Shown: positions 8,426 through 18,085 of the stretch, in pieces
Numbering within the stretch: the stretch's first letter is position 1
Layout: each line of letters starts with the position of its first letter
Assembly (NCBI GenBank): GCA_043760925.1
Contig: JAYUOK010000057.1
Span: 14,939 to 78,938, forward strand
DNA from: Bdellovibrio sp.
GTDB taxonomy: Bacteria; Bdellovibrionota; Bdellovibrionia; Bdellovibrionales; Bdellovibrionaceae
DNA: 64,000 nucleotides
Direction of reading: 5' to 3'
Program-made: the position numbers and the translations under genes
Notes under the pieces: model-generated
The model's database searches: none
What the model was told of the DNA's origin: nothing
Seen by the model: only the letters and a program-made list of their open reading frames with translations

Positions 8426-9541
8426 TTATTTACAGAAGTAGCCAGCTATTTTCACATGACCACGAGGTTCGTTTGATCCAGTTGGCAATGCTGTTACAGG
8501 TTCACATTTGCCTGCAAGTGAGCCAATTTCAATACCCACTTTGAATCCTGAAACTAACCAACGGGCGATGACTTCTTTAGCGCCTTGCTCATAATTTCCT
8601 TCAAAGCTTTCCCACTTGCATTTTTTTGCCGGTGCCGGAGGTGCGGCAACGTATGGATTTGTGATCGACTCTTTCATCGCGTCTCTTAAATTTTTACGGT
8701 AGCGATTCGCATGAATGTAATCTATTTTTTCTCGGCAAGTTGTGTTTCCGGTCGATGTGCAATTCATATATTCTATAGAATGGATGGGCGAGCTATTATA
8801 AGGAGAAAAGTTTGCATCCGGGCTTTGATAGCAAATTTGATAAACAACCTCTGCAACGCTTGCACCGAAATATGTTTCGAATGAATCAGAATAAGGTGGC
8901 TGATACCAACGACCGCCAAACATTCTTTTCTGCATGGCAGGGTCATTTCGCAGTCCCGCAATCACATTCTTCTGTGCGGCACTCATCTCTGAATCTGGAT
9001 AAAAGGTTGGCGATAATCGGCTTAGTCTTGCAATAAGCTGCTCTTTTGTTGGAGCAACATATCCACGAGGTGCACTTTTATTTGGGATCGAACATCCGAT
9101 GGCCATGACATCAATAAAGGCCTGACCTTTTTCTGAAAATTGCGGAGGAGCTGGCGGAGTCATTGGAACGTTACACTTTAAACAGCTCAGTAATCGAGTT
9201 GATGAGTCATTCGCACATTTTCCATCTTTCATAACTGGTGGCGGTATGACAACCGGTGGTGGAACAACAACGGGTGGCGGGGTCACAACAACCGGCGGTT
9301 TTGTGGGAGGTGGTTCAGGTGGCGGAACTATGACAGGTGGAGGAACCACGACAGGCGGCGGAGTGATCACCGGCGGAAGAGGCTCGGGATCGATCGGAAT
9401 TGGTGTCGGCTCTGCTAAATTAGTTTCAATTGGAGTCTCGGCAATTTTACTAAATTGCTGCTGATGGCACCCGGCAAATAGAATAATGCTCGTTAATATT
9501 GCAACAAATTTGATTGAGTAAGATGATTGTAGTTTTAGCAT
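8426..9541 (-). CDS. Hypothetical lipoprotein with a Pro/Val-rich repeat region and a Cys-rich C-terminal domain
   Basis: GGAGGA SD before ATG 9541. Lipobox ILFAGC. PPV(V/I)(V/T) repeats follow, then a roughly 260-aa domain with many Cys. No family recognised. Confidence 0.8.
   Translation of the reverse strand: MLKLQSSYSIKFVAILTSIILFAGCHQQQFSKIAETPIETNLAEPTPIPIDPEPLPPVITPPPVVVPPPVIVPPPEPPPTKPPVVVTPPPVVVPPPVVIPPPVMKDGKCANDSSTRLLSCLKCNVPMTPPAPPQFSEKGQAFIDVMAIGCSIPNKSAPRGYVAPTKEQLIARLSRLSPTFYPDSEMSAAQKNVIAGLRNDPAMQKRMFGGRWYQPPYSDSFETYFGASVAEVVYQICYQSPDANFSPYNSSPIHSIEYMNCTSTGNTTCREKIDYIHANRYRKNLRDAMKESITNPYVAAPPAPAKKCKWESFEGNYEQGAKEVIARWLVSGFKVGIEIGSLAGKCEPVTALPTGSNEPRGHVKIAGYFCK
9233..9376. 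repeat. Degenerate coding repeat (PPPVVV-type, Pro/Val-rich linker)
   Basis: Encodes PPVITPPPVVVPPPVIVPPPEPPPTKPPVVVTPPPVVVPPPVVIPPPV on the - strand. The + strand is correspondingly GGN/ACN-rich. Confidence 0.7.
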
Positions 9542-9659
9542 TTGTCCTCCGCTGGACGTGACTGAAGTCAGTTGTGTACAAGACTGGTATCGACGAATGA
9601 ATGGTGCATCTTGAATTTTTTTAGTTTGAATTTATAAAAAAAGTTGCGAATATACGTCG

Positions 9660-10712
9660 ATGATAAAACATTTTACCTTTCCATTTATTTTTCTAGCACT
9701 TGGTCTTGTCGCTGCTGGACTGATGTCTTGGTCGCAACATCACAACTCGACGATTGTCCTTCAAAATACTTTTACGGTGCTTTTATTATGTATTCTTGAA
9801 ATTTCACTTTCATTCGACAATGCGGTCGTCAATGCGACGGTCTTAAAAAAGATGGATCCGGTTTGGAAGCATCGTTTTTTAACATGGGGTATGATTATCG
9901 CCGTTTTTGGAATGCGATTAGTATTTCCATTAATTATTGTTGCGATCGTTGGAAATATTTCTTTAATCGAATCATTTCAAGTTGCCTTTTCAAGGCCGGA
10001 TGAATACGCAACAATCATGAAGTCGGCGCATCTATCTGTTAGCAGCTTTGGTGGCGCATTTTTATTAATGGTTTTCTTACATTTTTTTATGAATCACGAA
10101 AAAGTAATTCATTGGATTCCTTTGGTTGAGCGCCCCATTTCGAAAGTATCTAACTTTAAAAGTATCGAGCTTTTGGTCGCGATGGGAATTTTACTGGGAA
10201 TTTATTCGCAATTATCCCCAGCCGACGGTGCAACTTTCTTTGTCTCGTACCTTTGGGGAATTATAGTTTTCTTAATCGTGCACGGAATTAGCGACCTTTT
10301 GGACGGGCCCGCAATTACGAAATATAAGTGGTTAAGCAGTGGTTTTGGAATGTTCTTATATCTTGAAGTACTTGATGCTTCATTTAGTTTCGATGGGGTG
10401 ATAGGGGCTTTTGCTATTTCACATGAAATCTTTGTAATCATGATTGGTCTGAGTGTCGGTGCATTCTTTGTGCGAGGCCTCACGCTGTACCTGGTTGAGA
10501 ATGAAACTCTTGAGCAATTTATGTACTTAGAGCACGGGGCATTTTACGCGTTAGGAATCTTAGCTTTCTTTATGCTATTAGATCCGTTCTTTCATATTCC
10601 TGAATGGTTCACGGCCTTAACGGGTGCAGCGGTTTTAGTTTTGTCGGTCCTTTGGTCGATCTATGTAGACCGACATCACGGAGCTAATAAGAATAACCAA
10701 AACGCCAACTAG
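9660..10712 (+). CDS. Integral membrane protein, DUF475/TerC-superfamily-like
   Basis: 350 aa, polytopic. The signature LEISLSFDNAVVNATVL resembles the TerC/DUF475 'SxDN' motif. The family assignment is from memory. Confidence 0.75.
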   Translation: MIKHFTFPFIFLALGLVAAGLMSWSQHHNSTIVLQNTFTVLLLCILEISLSFDNAVVNATVLKKMDPVWKHRFLTWGMIIAVFGMRLVFPLIIVAIVGNISLIESFQVAFSRPDEYATIMKSAHLSVSSFGGAFLLMVFLHFFMNHEKVIHWIPLVERPISKVSNFKSIELLVAMGILLGIYSQLSPADGATFFVSYLWGIIVFLIVHGISDLLDGPAITKYKWLSSGFGMFLYLEVLDASFSFDGVIGAFAISHEIFVIMIGLSVGAFFVRGLTLYLVENETLEQFMYLEHGAFYALGILAFFMLLDPFFHIPEWFTALTGAAVLVLSVLWSIYVDRHHGANKNNQNAN

Positions 10713-11570
10713 CTGAACGCCATTCAAGCTTTCATCTAATAAGAGGGCGGCGAAAATAAAAGCGTAAGGCGCTTCCAATAAGCATAAAAGACTTGAAGTT
10801 GTCGTGGTTAAAACTTTTTGCGCCTTAATCTGAAAATAAAATGCCATCAGACTGACAACCAACGCTAAAATTAATAAACCAAGCAGTGAAGTAAAGCGAA
10901 CACTCTCTGGCCAAAGCGGAGTGTTGTAGACCGACATTTCATAAATCAAAAAAGGTATCACCAATAGTAAGGCCCAAAAAGTTTGAAAATTATTAAATCG
11001 AAATCCGCTGGTGACCCGATTTGCCGATGCCCCAATAAACAAAATGTGAAAAGTTGATGCTAGCGCGCAACCTAAAGTTAAAAAATCACCGGCATTAAAT
11101 TTAAAATCGGTTTGGTGAAGGTCTAAAAGTAGTGCCATCCCCGAAAAGGCGATCAATCCCAAGAAAAAATGATAAGCACGTATTCGCTGTCTAAAAAATA
11201 TTCCAGCAATAATCGGTAACATAACTACGTAGAGTGAAGTGATAAAGCTAGATTTAGTTGCGGAAGTCGTATGTAGACCATGCGTCTGCAGAACGATCGA
11301 AAATCCTAATGCAAGTCCCGCAAGTAAAGCAAGTTTTGCGTCACTCCAGGAACTTTTGTAAACTTTGGGCTGGAAAAAGAATTGTAAAATTTCGCCCACG
11401 GCGAACGCGAGCACAAACCGCCAAAAAATTAAATTAGACGACGTAAAATCTTGTAACGCCCAGCGGATGCAAGTAAATGAGATTCCCCAAATGCTAGCCG
11501 CCAAAACGAGTTGCGCAACCGCGATTTGGTAAGGCGTAAATCGATTCGCAACTTTTTTAAGTAATGTCAC
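10635..11570 (-). CDS. EamA/DMT-family transporter
   Basis: 311 aa, about 10 predicted TM helices in two similar halves, typical of the EamA-domain duplication. The GTG start overlaps the upstream stop by 1 nt. Confidence 0.8.
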   Translation of the reverse strand: MTLLKKVANRFTPYQIAVAQLVLAASIWGISFTCIRWALQDFTSSNLIFWRFVLAFAVGEILQFFFQPKVYKSSWSDAKLALLAGLALGFSIVLQTHGLHTTSATKSSFITSLYVVMLPIIAGIFFRQRIRAYHFFLGLIAFSGMALLLDLHQTDFKFNAGDFLTLGCALASTFHILFIGASANRVTSGFRFNNFQTFWALLLVIPFLIYEMSVYNTPLWPESVRFTSLLGLLILALVVSLMAFYFQIKAQKVLTTTTSSLLCLLEAPYAFIFAALLLDESLNGVQLVGVLVILISSVMSVYIDRPKDRQN

Positions 11571-12292
11571 TAATCGAAAGCCTCAGACCAGACGCGATTT
11601 TTTTCAAGGCCATCTATTTCAAGTAATTGATGTTTGGTTTCTTTTATCATGCCGCCCGTGCCGCAAAGATAGAAAGTCGTCGGAATATTTTTGTAATCCG
11701 TTTCACTTAAAAAATTTTGAACGTATCCTTTTTTACCCGTCCACGTATCCGAGGCGCGGCTTAAGACGTAGTGGTATTCAAAATTTGGCAGTTTTTTTTG
11801 TAATCGTTTAAGCTCGGATTCATAATAAATATCATGTTCTCTGCGAACTCCAAAATAAAGTTTATATTTTAGGTTTGGATACATGTGCATTTTAGATTCC
11901 ATAAAACTAAAATGTTGCGAAACGCCGCTTCCCGTATTGAGGAATACAATTTGCTCTGTCGGTGGTTCAAGAAAGAAAACTTTCCCAAAAGGTCCGGTCA
12001 TTTGCAAAGTTTCTGTTCCTTTCAAATCCCATACAAATCGACTGGCTATTCCATTTTCAACAAATTTAAAAATCAACTTGAAGCCATTAGTTTTTTCATC
12101 CGTTGAAGCGATTGAATAGGCTCGTAGGGCCGGTTTCGCACCTTCAACTGGAACGTGTAACATGACAAATTGACCGGCTTTAAATTTAAATTCGGGCTTG
12201 TTCGTTAGTTCCAAATGAAGCTCGCGAATATCGGCCGTATGATCGATGATTGTATTGATTTTAAACTCGAAGGGAATGCGGGCTTGTGACAT
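11570..12292 (-). CDS. Ferredoxin-NADP reductase-like FAD/NAD(P)-binding oxidoreductase
   Basis: RAYSIAS (RxYS FAD motif), MTGPFGKVF, FLNTGSGVS (NAD(P) motif variant), YLCGTGGMI. 240 aa. Confidence 0.82.
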   Translation of the reverse strand: MSQARIPFEFKINTIIDHTADIRELHLELTNKPEFKFKAGQFVMLHVPVEGAKPALRAYSIASTDEKTNGFKLIFKFVENGIASRFVWDLKGTETLQMTGPFGKVFFLEPPTEQIVFLNTGSGVSQHFSFMESKMHMYPNLKYKLYFGVRREHDIYYESELKRLQKKLPNFEYHYVLSRASDTWTGKKGYVQNFLSETDYKNIPTTFYLCGTGGMIKETKHQLLEIDGLEKNRVWSEAFD

Positions 12293-12386
12293 AAACGATA
12301 TATTTTGTAGAAATTACCTTTTTGTCAAAGGTTTCAAGAGCTTAACTATCTAAAATAGAACGGATAGCTTATATTTGAAGCCGAAT

Positions 12387-13718
12387 ATGAAACAGCGCAC
12401 GCTCACTATCCTAATTTTGATCAGCTTTATTTTGATGGGTTGCGTTCCCGCAAGTGAATCTGGAAACGAACCCGGAGCGCCCGAATTTAAATTACCTATC
12501 CGTCCCGCTACAGATGGCCCTATTATTTCCAGAGAGCTTCTTTTTAAAAACGACCAACGCGTTAGTTACTGCGAACTGATCGAAAATCAAGCCTCAACCT
12601 ACAGTGGAATTCGTGACACCCAGCTTGAGCCGTTAGCTTCGCTATCGAAAGTGGTCACCAGTGCTTGGGCTATTGGCGCCTTAGGTCCTGACTTCAGATT
12701 TGAAAACGAGTGGTACCTAAATCCGGTACCGGGCCGACCAGGCATATTCGACGCCCACCTCAGTACAAATCACGATCCAATCGTCAACACCGAAAAAGTT
12801 TTATTTTTTTTATCAGAATTAAAAGCCCTTGGGGTTTCAGGTTTACGTCAATTAACTATTGATGAAACAACTCGAGTTTATCTTTCAGTTTTATCTCAAC
12901 CACATTTACAGCTCAGTGAAGTGCCGGTTCCCGTTTCAGAATCGAAAGAAAATTTAAAACTTATTTTAAATTCAGCGCGGTGGGGACCTAGAACCTTAAA
13001 AGCGCGTGATAATTTAATAAACTGGGCGCAATTAAATAAGCGGCCTCTCAATATTCCAAATTCATTTTCTGTTGAAGATGTTGTGGTTATACCGGCTTCA
13101 CAGGTGATGAAAGCTAACTACCAGATTAAAAAAGTAATTAAATCAGCCCCACTTTTTAAATACCTTAAAAATATGAATGTATTTTCTAATAACTATCTGG
13201 CCGATGCGCTTTTTTCAAAACTAGGCGGGCTTCAGCATTTTCGCGTTTTTCAAAATGACGTGCTCAGAATGCCTTATGCCGATTTAAAGTTTTATTCAGG
13301 TTCGGGCTTATCGACGGTCGTAAACGGACGTCGCCTTGATAATTTAGGAACTTGTTTTAGTCTGATAAAAGTACTCTCTTTTTTTCGGCAAGTTACGCAA
13401 AAAGCACAGTTAAATCTAGGGCAAATATTATTGAATCCGACCACGGATCATCAAGGTACTTTTCATGCTCGAACGAATTATTCAAATTCAGTTGTCCTTA
13501 AAACGGGCCGTCTTTATGATAATCCGGCTTTAAACTTAGCAGGTTTCGTTTCGACCCGTCGGGGTCTTCTTTCGTTTGTTTTCTTAGGTCACGATTTCAC
13601 CGAGCAAGAGGCGCGCGAGATGGAGCATAAGCGAACCGAAATACTTGATCATATTTTTGAAAAGTATGCGACCGCCGCACAATTTTCTACGTTACCTGAA
13701 TACGAAATATTTCTTTAG
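12387..13718 (+). CDS. dacB: PBP4-like D-alanyl-D-alanine carboxypeptidase/endopeptidase (peptidase S13), lipoprotein
   Basis: Lipobox FILMGC. SxxK = ASLSKVV, SxN = VFSNNY, KTG = VLKTGRL. Start taken at ATG 12387 (the track's TTG is at 12375). Confidence 0.78.
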   Translation: MKQRTLTILILISFILMGCVPASESGNEPGAPEFKLPIRPATDGPIISRELLFKNDQRVSYCELIENQASTYSGIRDTQLEPLASLSKVVTSAWAIGALGPDFRFENEWYLNPVPGRPGIFDAHLSTNHDPIVNTEKVLFFLSELKALGVSGLRQLTIDETTRVYLSVLSQPHLQLSEVPVPVSESKENLKLILNSARWGPRTLKARDNLINWAQLNKRPLNIPNSFSVEDVVVIPASQVMKANYQIKKVIKSAPLFKYLKNMNVFSNNYLADALFSKLGGLQHFRVFQNDVLRMPYADLKFYSGSGLSTVVNGRRLDNLGTCFSLIKVLSFFRQVTQKAQLNLGQILLNPTTDHQGTFHARTNYSNSVVLKTGRLYDNPALNLAGFVSTRRGLLSFVFLGHDFTEQEAREMEHKRTEILDHIFEKYATAAQFSTLPEYEIFL

Positions 13719-14935
13719 TTGAGCGGCTGCTTCAAATCAGAATTACCCAACGTTAATGCGAACAGCACGGCTAACTTCGTAAAAGTATTTGAATGAGTGA
13801 TACTTGATTTTGAATCAAGCTTATCATTTTCACTGTGAATTTGCCGATTCATCGTACGCGTCGTTGATTCAAACGGCAGAACGGCTGGGTAGCCCTGCCG
13901 ATGCCATGAAGCGTGATCGCTGCAGCCATAACCACAAGTATCAGGTACGAATTCTCCATTCAAATAAATCGCATAGATTTTCATAAAAATTTCGCTCAGC
14001 CAAGGGCTGGTAAAATCGTTTACTAGGCCAATCACTTGTTCGCCGCTGCCCGGAAATAAAGTCATGTCTAATTGAAGTACGGCCACCACAGATTTATTTT
14101 TCTCTTTATAATCTTTTGCAATTTCAGCCGAACCCAAAAGCCCACTTTCTTCGCCCGCGTACCAGTAAAATTCAATTGTTCGGTCGGGCTGCGAGGTTTT
14201 CGTTAAGATTCTCACGGCTTCAATGAGGTTCGACGATCCGGATGCATTATCATCCGCGCCGGGCGCTAAGCTAGAGCCAAAGTAAGATTGATTGATCGAA
14301 TCAAGGTGGCCGCCAAGCACGACAATTTCTTGCGGACGGACTTTTCCGAGAATACGTAAGCGTAAACTTTTTTGATTCGTTGAAGTATGATCAATTGTTT
14401 CAATTTCGTAAGGCCAAGGCGCTGACTTAACTAATGATTCTAATTTTATTTTTAGATCAAGGACATGAATATTAGGATCACTCGCTTTATTCGAACGGGT
14501 CGGGTAAGAAGATAGCCATTCGATTTGTGTCTTTAATAGGTTTGGATCCGCCAGTTCAGATAGGTCTTTATAAATTTGATTATATTGAAAACCCGGTAGC
14601 TGAATAGGGGATCGACTTTGTAACTTCTTTGATGTCATAACAAGATTCTGCAGAACACTTCCGGCGCGATTTGATTCGCTAGAATTGAGAACTTCAAAGC
14701 CGCCGCACTTACCTTGAAAATGGTTAACGTTCGAAATTTGATTCATTTGCAAGGGCGTGACATGCGCAATACCCAGGTTCGTCGTTTCATCTTTACTTAA
14801 GATAACTGCTTCGACGGCTTTCAACTTATCCAAATCAGAAATTACGATTTGTGGTTTATCGGCAGATAAGAAACCGGTGTGCGAATAACTCAATTGTGCT
14901 GCTAATAAAACAATTAAAAGTAAAGCTGATTTCAT
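13715..14935 (-). CDS. Secreted M28-family aminopeptidase
   Basis: [26 protein letters not shown] and LQLDM match the M28 co-catalytic Zn ligand blocks. ATG 14935 ([13 protein letters not shown]) has the SD AGAGGGG; ATG 14953 is the alternative. Confidence 0.85.
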   Translation of the reverse strand: MKSALLLIVLLAAQLSYSHTGFLSADKPQIVISDLDKLKAVEAVILSKDETTNLGIAHVTPLQMNQISNVNHFQGKCGGFEVLNSSESNRAGSVLQNLVMTSKKLQSRSPIQLPGFQYNQIYKDLSELADPNLLKTQIEWLSSYPTRSNKASDPNIHVLDLKIKLESLVKSAPWPYEIETIDHTSTNQKSLRLRILGKVRPQEIVVLGGHLDSINQSYFGSSLAPGADDNASGSSNLIEAVRILTKTSQPDRTIEFYWYAGEESGLLGSAEIAKDYKEKNKSVVAVLQLDMTLFPGSGEQVIGLVNDFTSPWLSEIFMKIYAIYLNGEFVPDTCGYGCSDHASWHRQGYPAVLPFESTTRTMNRQIHSENDKLDSKSSITHSNTFTKLAVLFALTLGNSDLKQPLN

Positions 14936-15017
14936 GAAATGACCCCTCTTCATAGTATAATGGTAGCCCTTTTGTAGAAGAGGGCAAAATAATAATGGGA
15001 TTCACTTAAAAATTTTT

Positions 15018-15710
15018 CTAGAAGTAGAACACCAGAAATCCGCGAGAGCCAAAGCCCGTTACGTCGGTTTGCCGCGTCGACGTATTAATCTGTTGAATAT
15101 CAAGATAGGCTTCACCACGCAGGGCGGTCGAGGTGCCCGCTAGGTACCAAGTTAAAAAGCCTCCGCCATTGATACTGACGATTGAAGCGCTGCCCCCACC
15201 ACGAGAAGCGGGTGACTGCACCGAGCCGAAACCAGCAAAAGCAAACGGTCCATAAACAAATGGTCGTGGATCGCGATTTGAAATTAGATTGTAATCAAAA
15301 TATCCACCCAGCAAAAAATCAGTTGTTGCACCAGCGCCAAGATCGACTGAAGTCATGTCGACCGCTGCACCAAATTCAAGTTGAGTAAAGTTCCATCCGT
15401 AACGCGCGTGCAATGCTCCAGCATTTTTCTGGTAATCAGTACCGCGTTGGCTAACGAAATTTCCGCCTAACATCAAAGAATTTTGCCGGGACTTCAGGCC
15501 CTTACTTTGATAGTTCGGGCTTTCCGAGATTGTGGCCGTTTGTAAATCATAAACTTCACCCTCTTCAAGCGGAATCGAACTTTCAATAATCGCATTACGA
15601 CCTTTTGTTTTTTTCACCGTGATCTTTTGGGCAAAGGAAATTTCAATAAATAAAAACGTAACAATTAAAAACGGAAGTAAAGTTGAATTTTTGCAGATCA
15701 ATTTTTTCAT
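15018..15710 (-). CDS. Small outer-membrane beta-barrel-like protein (hypothetical)
   Basis: Signal peptide, alternating Gly/aromatic-rich strands, C-terminal ...GFLVFYF. Start coupled to the upstream stop (TAATG). Confidence 0.7.
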   Translation of the reverse strand: MKKLICKNSTLLPFLIVTFLFIEISFAQKITVKKTKGRNAIIESSIPLEEGEVYDLQTATISESPNYQSKGLKSRQNSLMLGGNFVSQRGTDYQKNAGALHARYGWNFTQLEFGAAVDMTSVDLGAGATTDFLLGGYFDYNLISNRDPRPFVYGPFAFAGFGSVQSPASRGGGSASIVSINGGGFLTWYLAGTSTALRGEAYLDIQQINTSTRQTDVTGFGSRGFLVFYF

Positions 15711-16516
15711 TATAACTTGTTCGTACTTTCGAATATTTTATCTGCCGACTTCGCGATAAAACCCTGATAAAGTTCTCCGCTTGGCATGGGGTAACGTTTT
15801 GCAAATTCATAGTAGCAGCCGGGGATCGAGTAAACCCCATCTGCAAATTCACATTGAATTTCCGCCGCCATTGTTGAACTTTGTTCAAGTAATTCTTCAG
15901 GGGTCCCTTTGATCTCTCCGCCTGAAGCATTCAGTTTGAAGCCATTACTTTTAATAAAATCATTCAATCGGTGGATGTCAGTAAAATTCTTAAGGTGATT
16001 GATGCTTACAGTGAAATGATTTGGTCTAAAGCCATAAGCGTAGACCCAAGAGGCATATTCACTTTCTTGCGCCAGTTTTAAATAAGTAGCATGGTTCGCG
16101 ATCCAGTGCCGCCCGCTGAAAACAAAGTCTTCGCTATCGGTCGCGCTGGGCTCTAACTGATTTATACACAAAGCAATTATTTCTTGAACAAATGAAGACA
16201 TTTTTTCTAACTCAAGCTCAGAAATAAATATCTTTGGTACATTTTTATCCGGATGTTCATAGTGCTTTGCGTACAATTTTTTTTCCGTAAAGAAATATTC
16301 CCCTGACTCTTTGTAACCGTATTTCAAAAAGTGTTTAGCTAATGAGTCGATGCCTAATTGCGGGTGTTTGAAAGTTCGAAGTGCTAAATGATCATTTGAT
16401 AAAACTTCGCCCGAATGGCTAAACAAGTTATGAATTTTCTCTGCGGTCGGATTCATTTTAAGATAGTCAATCCACATGTTATCCATATAGCGATGCAACT
16501 GAACAATTGAACTCAT
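15710..16516 (-). CDS. DUF1338 / 2-oxoadipate dioxygenase-decarboxylase (HglS/YdcJ)-like protein
   Basis: 268 aa. NDHLALRTF near the N-terminus and the overall size fit DUF1338 (VOC-like fold). GGGAG SD before ATG 16516. Confidence 0.7.
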   Translation of the reverse strand: MSSIVQLHRYMDNMWIDYLKMNPTAEKIHNLFSHSGEVLSNDHLALRTFKHPQLGIDSLAKHFLKYGYKESGEYFFTEKKLYAKHYEHPDKNVPKIFISELELEKMSSFVQEIIALCINQLEPSATDSEDFVFSGRHWIANHATYLKLAQESEYASWVYAYGFRPNHFTVSINHLKNFTDIHRLNDFIKSNGFKLNASGGEIKGTPEELLEQSSTMAAEIQCEFADGVYSIPGCYYEFAKRYPMPSGELYQGFIAKSADKIFESTNKL

Positions 16517-16645
16517 ACTGGCTCCCGTTTCAATTTTAAATTAGCTCAAATCTATTTGATTTCTAATTGGTATTTATTACAAATCTATTTACCAAAAATG
16601 CCATCCCGCTGCATAAGATTGACTGTGAAATTCGCTTCGGGTTTT

Positions 16646-18085
16646 ATGCTCCGGATGCTCAATTCATTTCGCTTCGCGTACTACCTTTTTATTTTTCTAT
16701 TTGGCTGCTTTTTTATGCTGCAACGGGCAGATGCGCAAAGTCTTTCAACGTCGGTGATCGAACGAACCGATTCTGACAAGGCTACGCCGCCTCAGCAGAA
16801 AATGACCTTTGGGCTTACAGGTTTAGGCTATGTTTCTGATTCCAGCACCGACCAATCTGCGCAGGGGCAAGCTGAGTTTTCACTTTCACTGAAAAAAGAG
16901 GGTTTCTTTTTCTCTGGGTTAGAAGTAACTGCGGGTACATTCACCGAGCCCCGATCTACTTATATTCCGGTACCCGAAGCTTACCTTGCCGTTGGTTCTG
17001 AAAAAGAAAATTTTGCTGCCGTCGGAATTAAATCGCAGTCATATAGTTTCATTGACCGGTATTACAACCTAGGAATGTACCAATCCTATTACACGAATGA
17101 TTTTATTAATTATAAAGAACAAGGTTTTACAGGCCTGCAAGTGCAGTTGCGTTCGGGACTGCTTGGATTTAAGGGCGGGTACCAGCCCATCTTTCTAAAA
17201 AACCAAGGACCTTCTGTTTATGAAAAAGATGGCCAGCTGGTCACTTCGAATCGTTGGGCCCGTCGGCCGCCAAAGCAATTTGAATTCGTCGAGGGTCAAG
17301 TTAAAGACATTGAATACGATATCCGTAACGACGATGTTGCCCAGATTATAACGAACCAAGGTCACACGTTGAGTTTCTTTTTGGGAGAGAATGCAGAGCG
17401 ACCATGGTTTCAAGCTTCCTACGCCCGCCATCCGCTGAATGAAATACCACTTAGCCGCGAGACCTACGGGTCGATCGGGGATTTTCGCGGTCATGTTCTG
17501 TTGTCTCCGGTTGTAACCGATCATGAAGTGAAGTCGGCAGATTTTAATTTAGACTCAGGCCCTTTTGAATCGACGCTTTCTTATCTTGAAGACCAACCCC
17601 AGAATTCTGAGCCACGTCCAGATGAAACTTTGCAAGTTTTTAATCCACTAAAAGTCTACGGAGTCTACATCGCGGTAGAACTAAAAGAGTTATTTAATCG
17701 ACCGCTGAAAATAAGCTTTTCCGCTGCAGAAATGCAGGGTGGCGAAATCAAAGAAGTCATGCAGGGCGGAAAAGAAAGTCTTTTTATTTTTGCATCTGAA
17801 AGAACGATTTTCAAACGGCCCATCTCATTAGGCGCCACTGGGGAATTTCTTTATATTGGTTCAAAACCGCTACGCACTTCAGTTCAGTGGACTTACGATC
17901 GGGCGCACCAAGGTTCGTTGATTTCAACAAAGTTAGCGCATGAAACATGGAAGCAAGTGTATCTGCACGGTGGTTTTGATTTATTAGGAGTCGAAAACGA
18001 ACCTTCGGTTGATGCGCAGGCAAATCACCTCAGCCGAAATCAGGCAAACGATCGATTTTTTGCCGGAGTCCAATATGTCTATTAA
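16646..18085 (+). CDS. OM beta-barrel-like protein, module A (paralog of 27887..29206)
   Basis: Signal-peptide-like MLRMLNSFRFAYYLFIFLFGCFFMLQRADA|QS and C-terminal ...FFAGVQYVY. Alignable with the paralog (PIFLKNQGPSVYEKDGQLVTSNRWARRPPKQFEFVEGQVKDIEYDI vs PIFIPDQGPGYDLKDGQFERSNPWFSNPPQNVRFQGEVFPIDYVI). Start uncertain (ATG 16598, 16646 or 16655; TTG 16556). Confidence 0.75.
   Translation: MLRMLNSFRFAYYLFIFLFGCFFMLQRADAQSLSTSVIERTDSDKATPPQQKMTFGLTGLGYVSDSSTDQSAQGQAEFSLSLKKEGFFFSGLEVTAGTFTEPRSTYIPVPEAYLAVGSEKENFAAVGIKSQSYSFIDRYYNLGMYQSYYTNDFINYKEQGFTGLQVQLRSGLLGFKGGYQPIFLKNQGPSVYEKDGQLVTSNRWARRPPKQFEFVEGQVKDIEYDIRNDDVAQIITNQGHTLSFFLGENAERPWFQASYARHPLNEIPLSRETYGSIGDFRGHVLLSPVVTDHEVKSADFNLDSGPFESTLSYLEDQPQNSEPRPDETLQVFNPLKVYGVYIAVELKELFNRPLKISFSAAEMQGGEIKEVMQGGKESLFIFASERTIFKRPISLGATGEFLYIGSKPLRTSVQWTYDRAHQGSLISTKLAHETWKQVYLHGGFDLLGVENEPSVDAQANHLSRNQANDRFFAGVQYVY

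Noticed and set aside
9246-9464. Gly/Thr-rich 72-aa ORF on the plus strand
   Set aside because: It is the reverse complement of the Pro/Val-repeat coding sequence (CCN vs GGN), a compositional artefact.
14966-14985. Hairpin GCCCTTTT-gtag-AAGAGGGC between the OMP gene and the M28 gene (minus-strand unit)
   Set aside because: One stem mismatch, and no U-tract follows it in the minus-strand direction of transcription. It is not convincing as a terminator and may be a minor attenuator or RNA-stability element.
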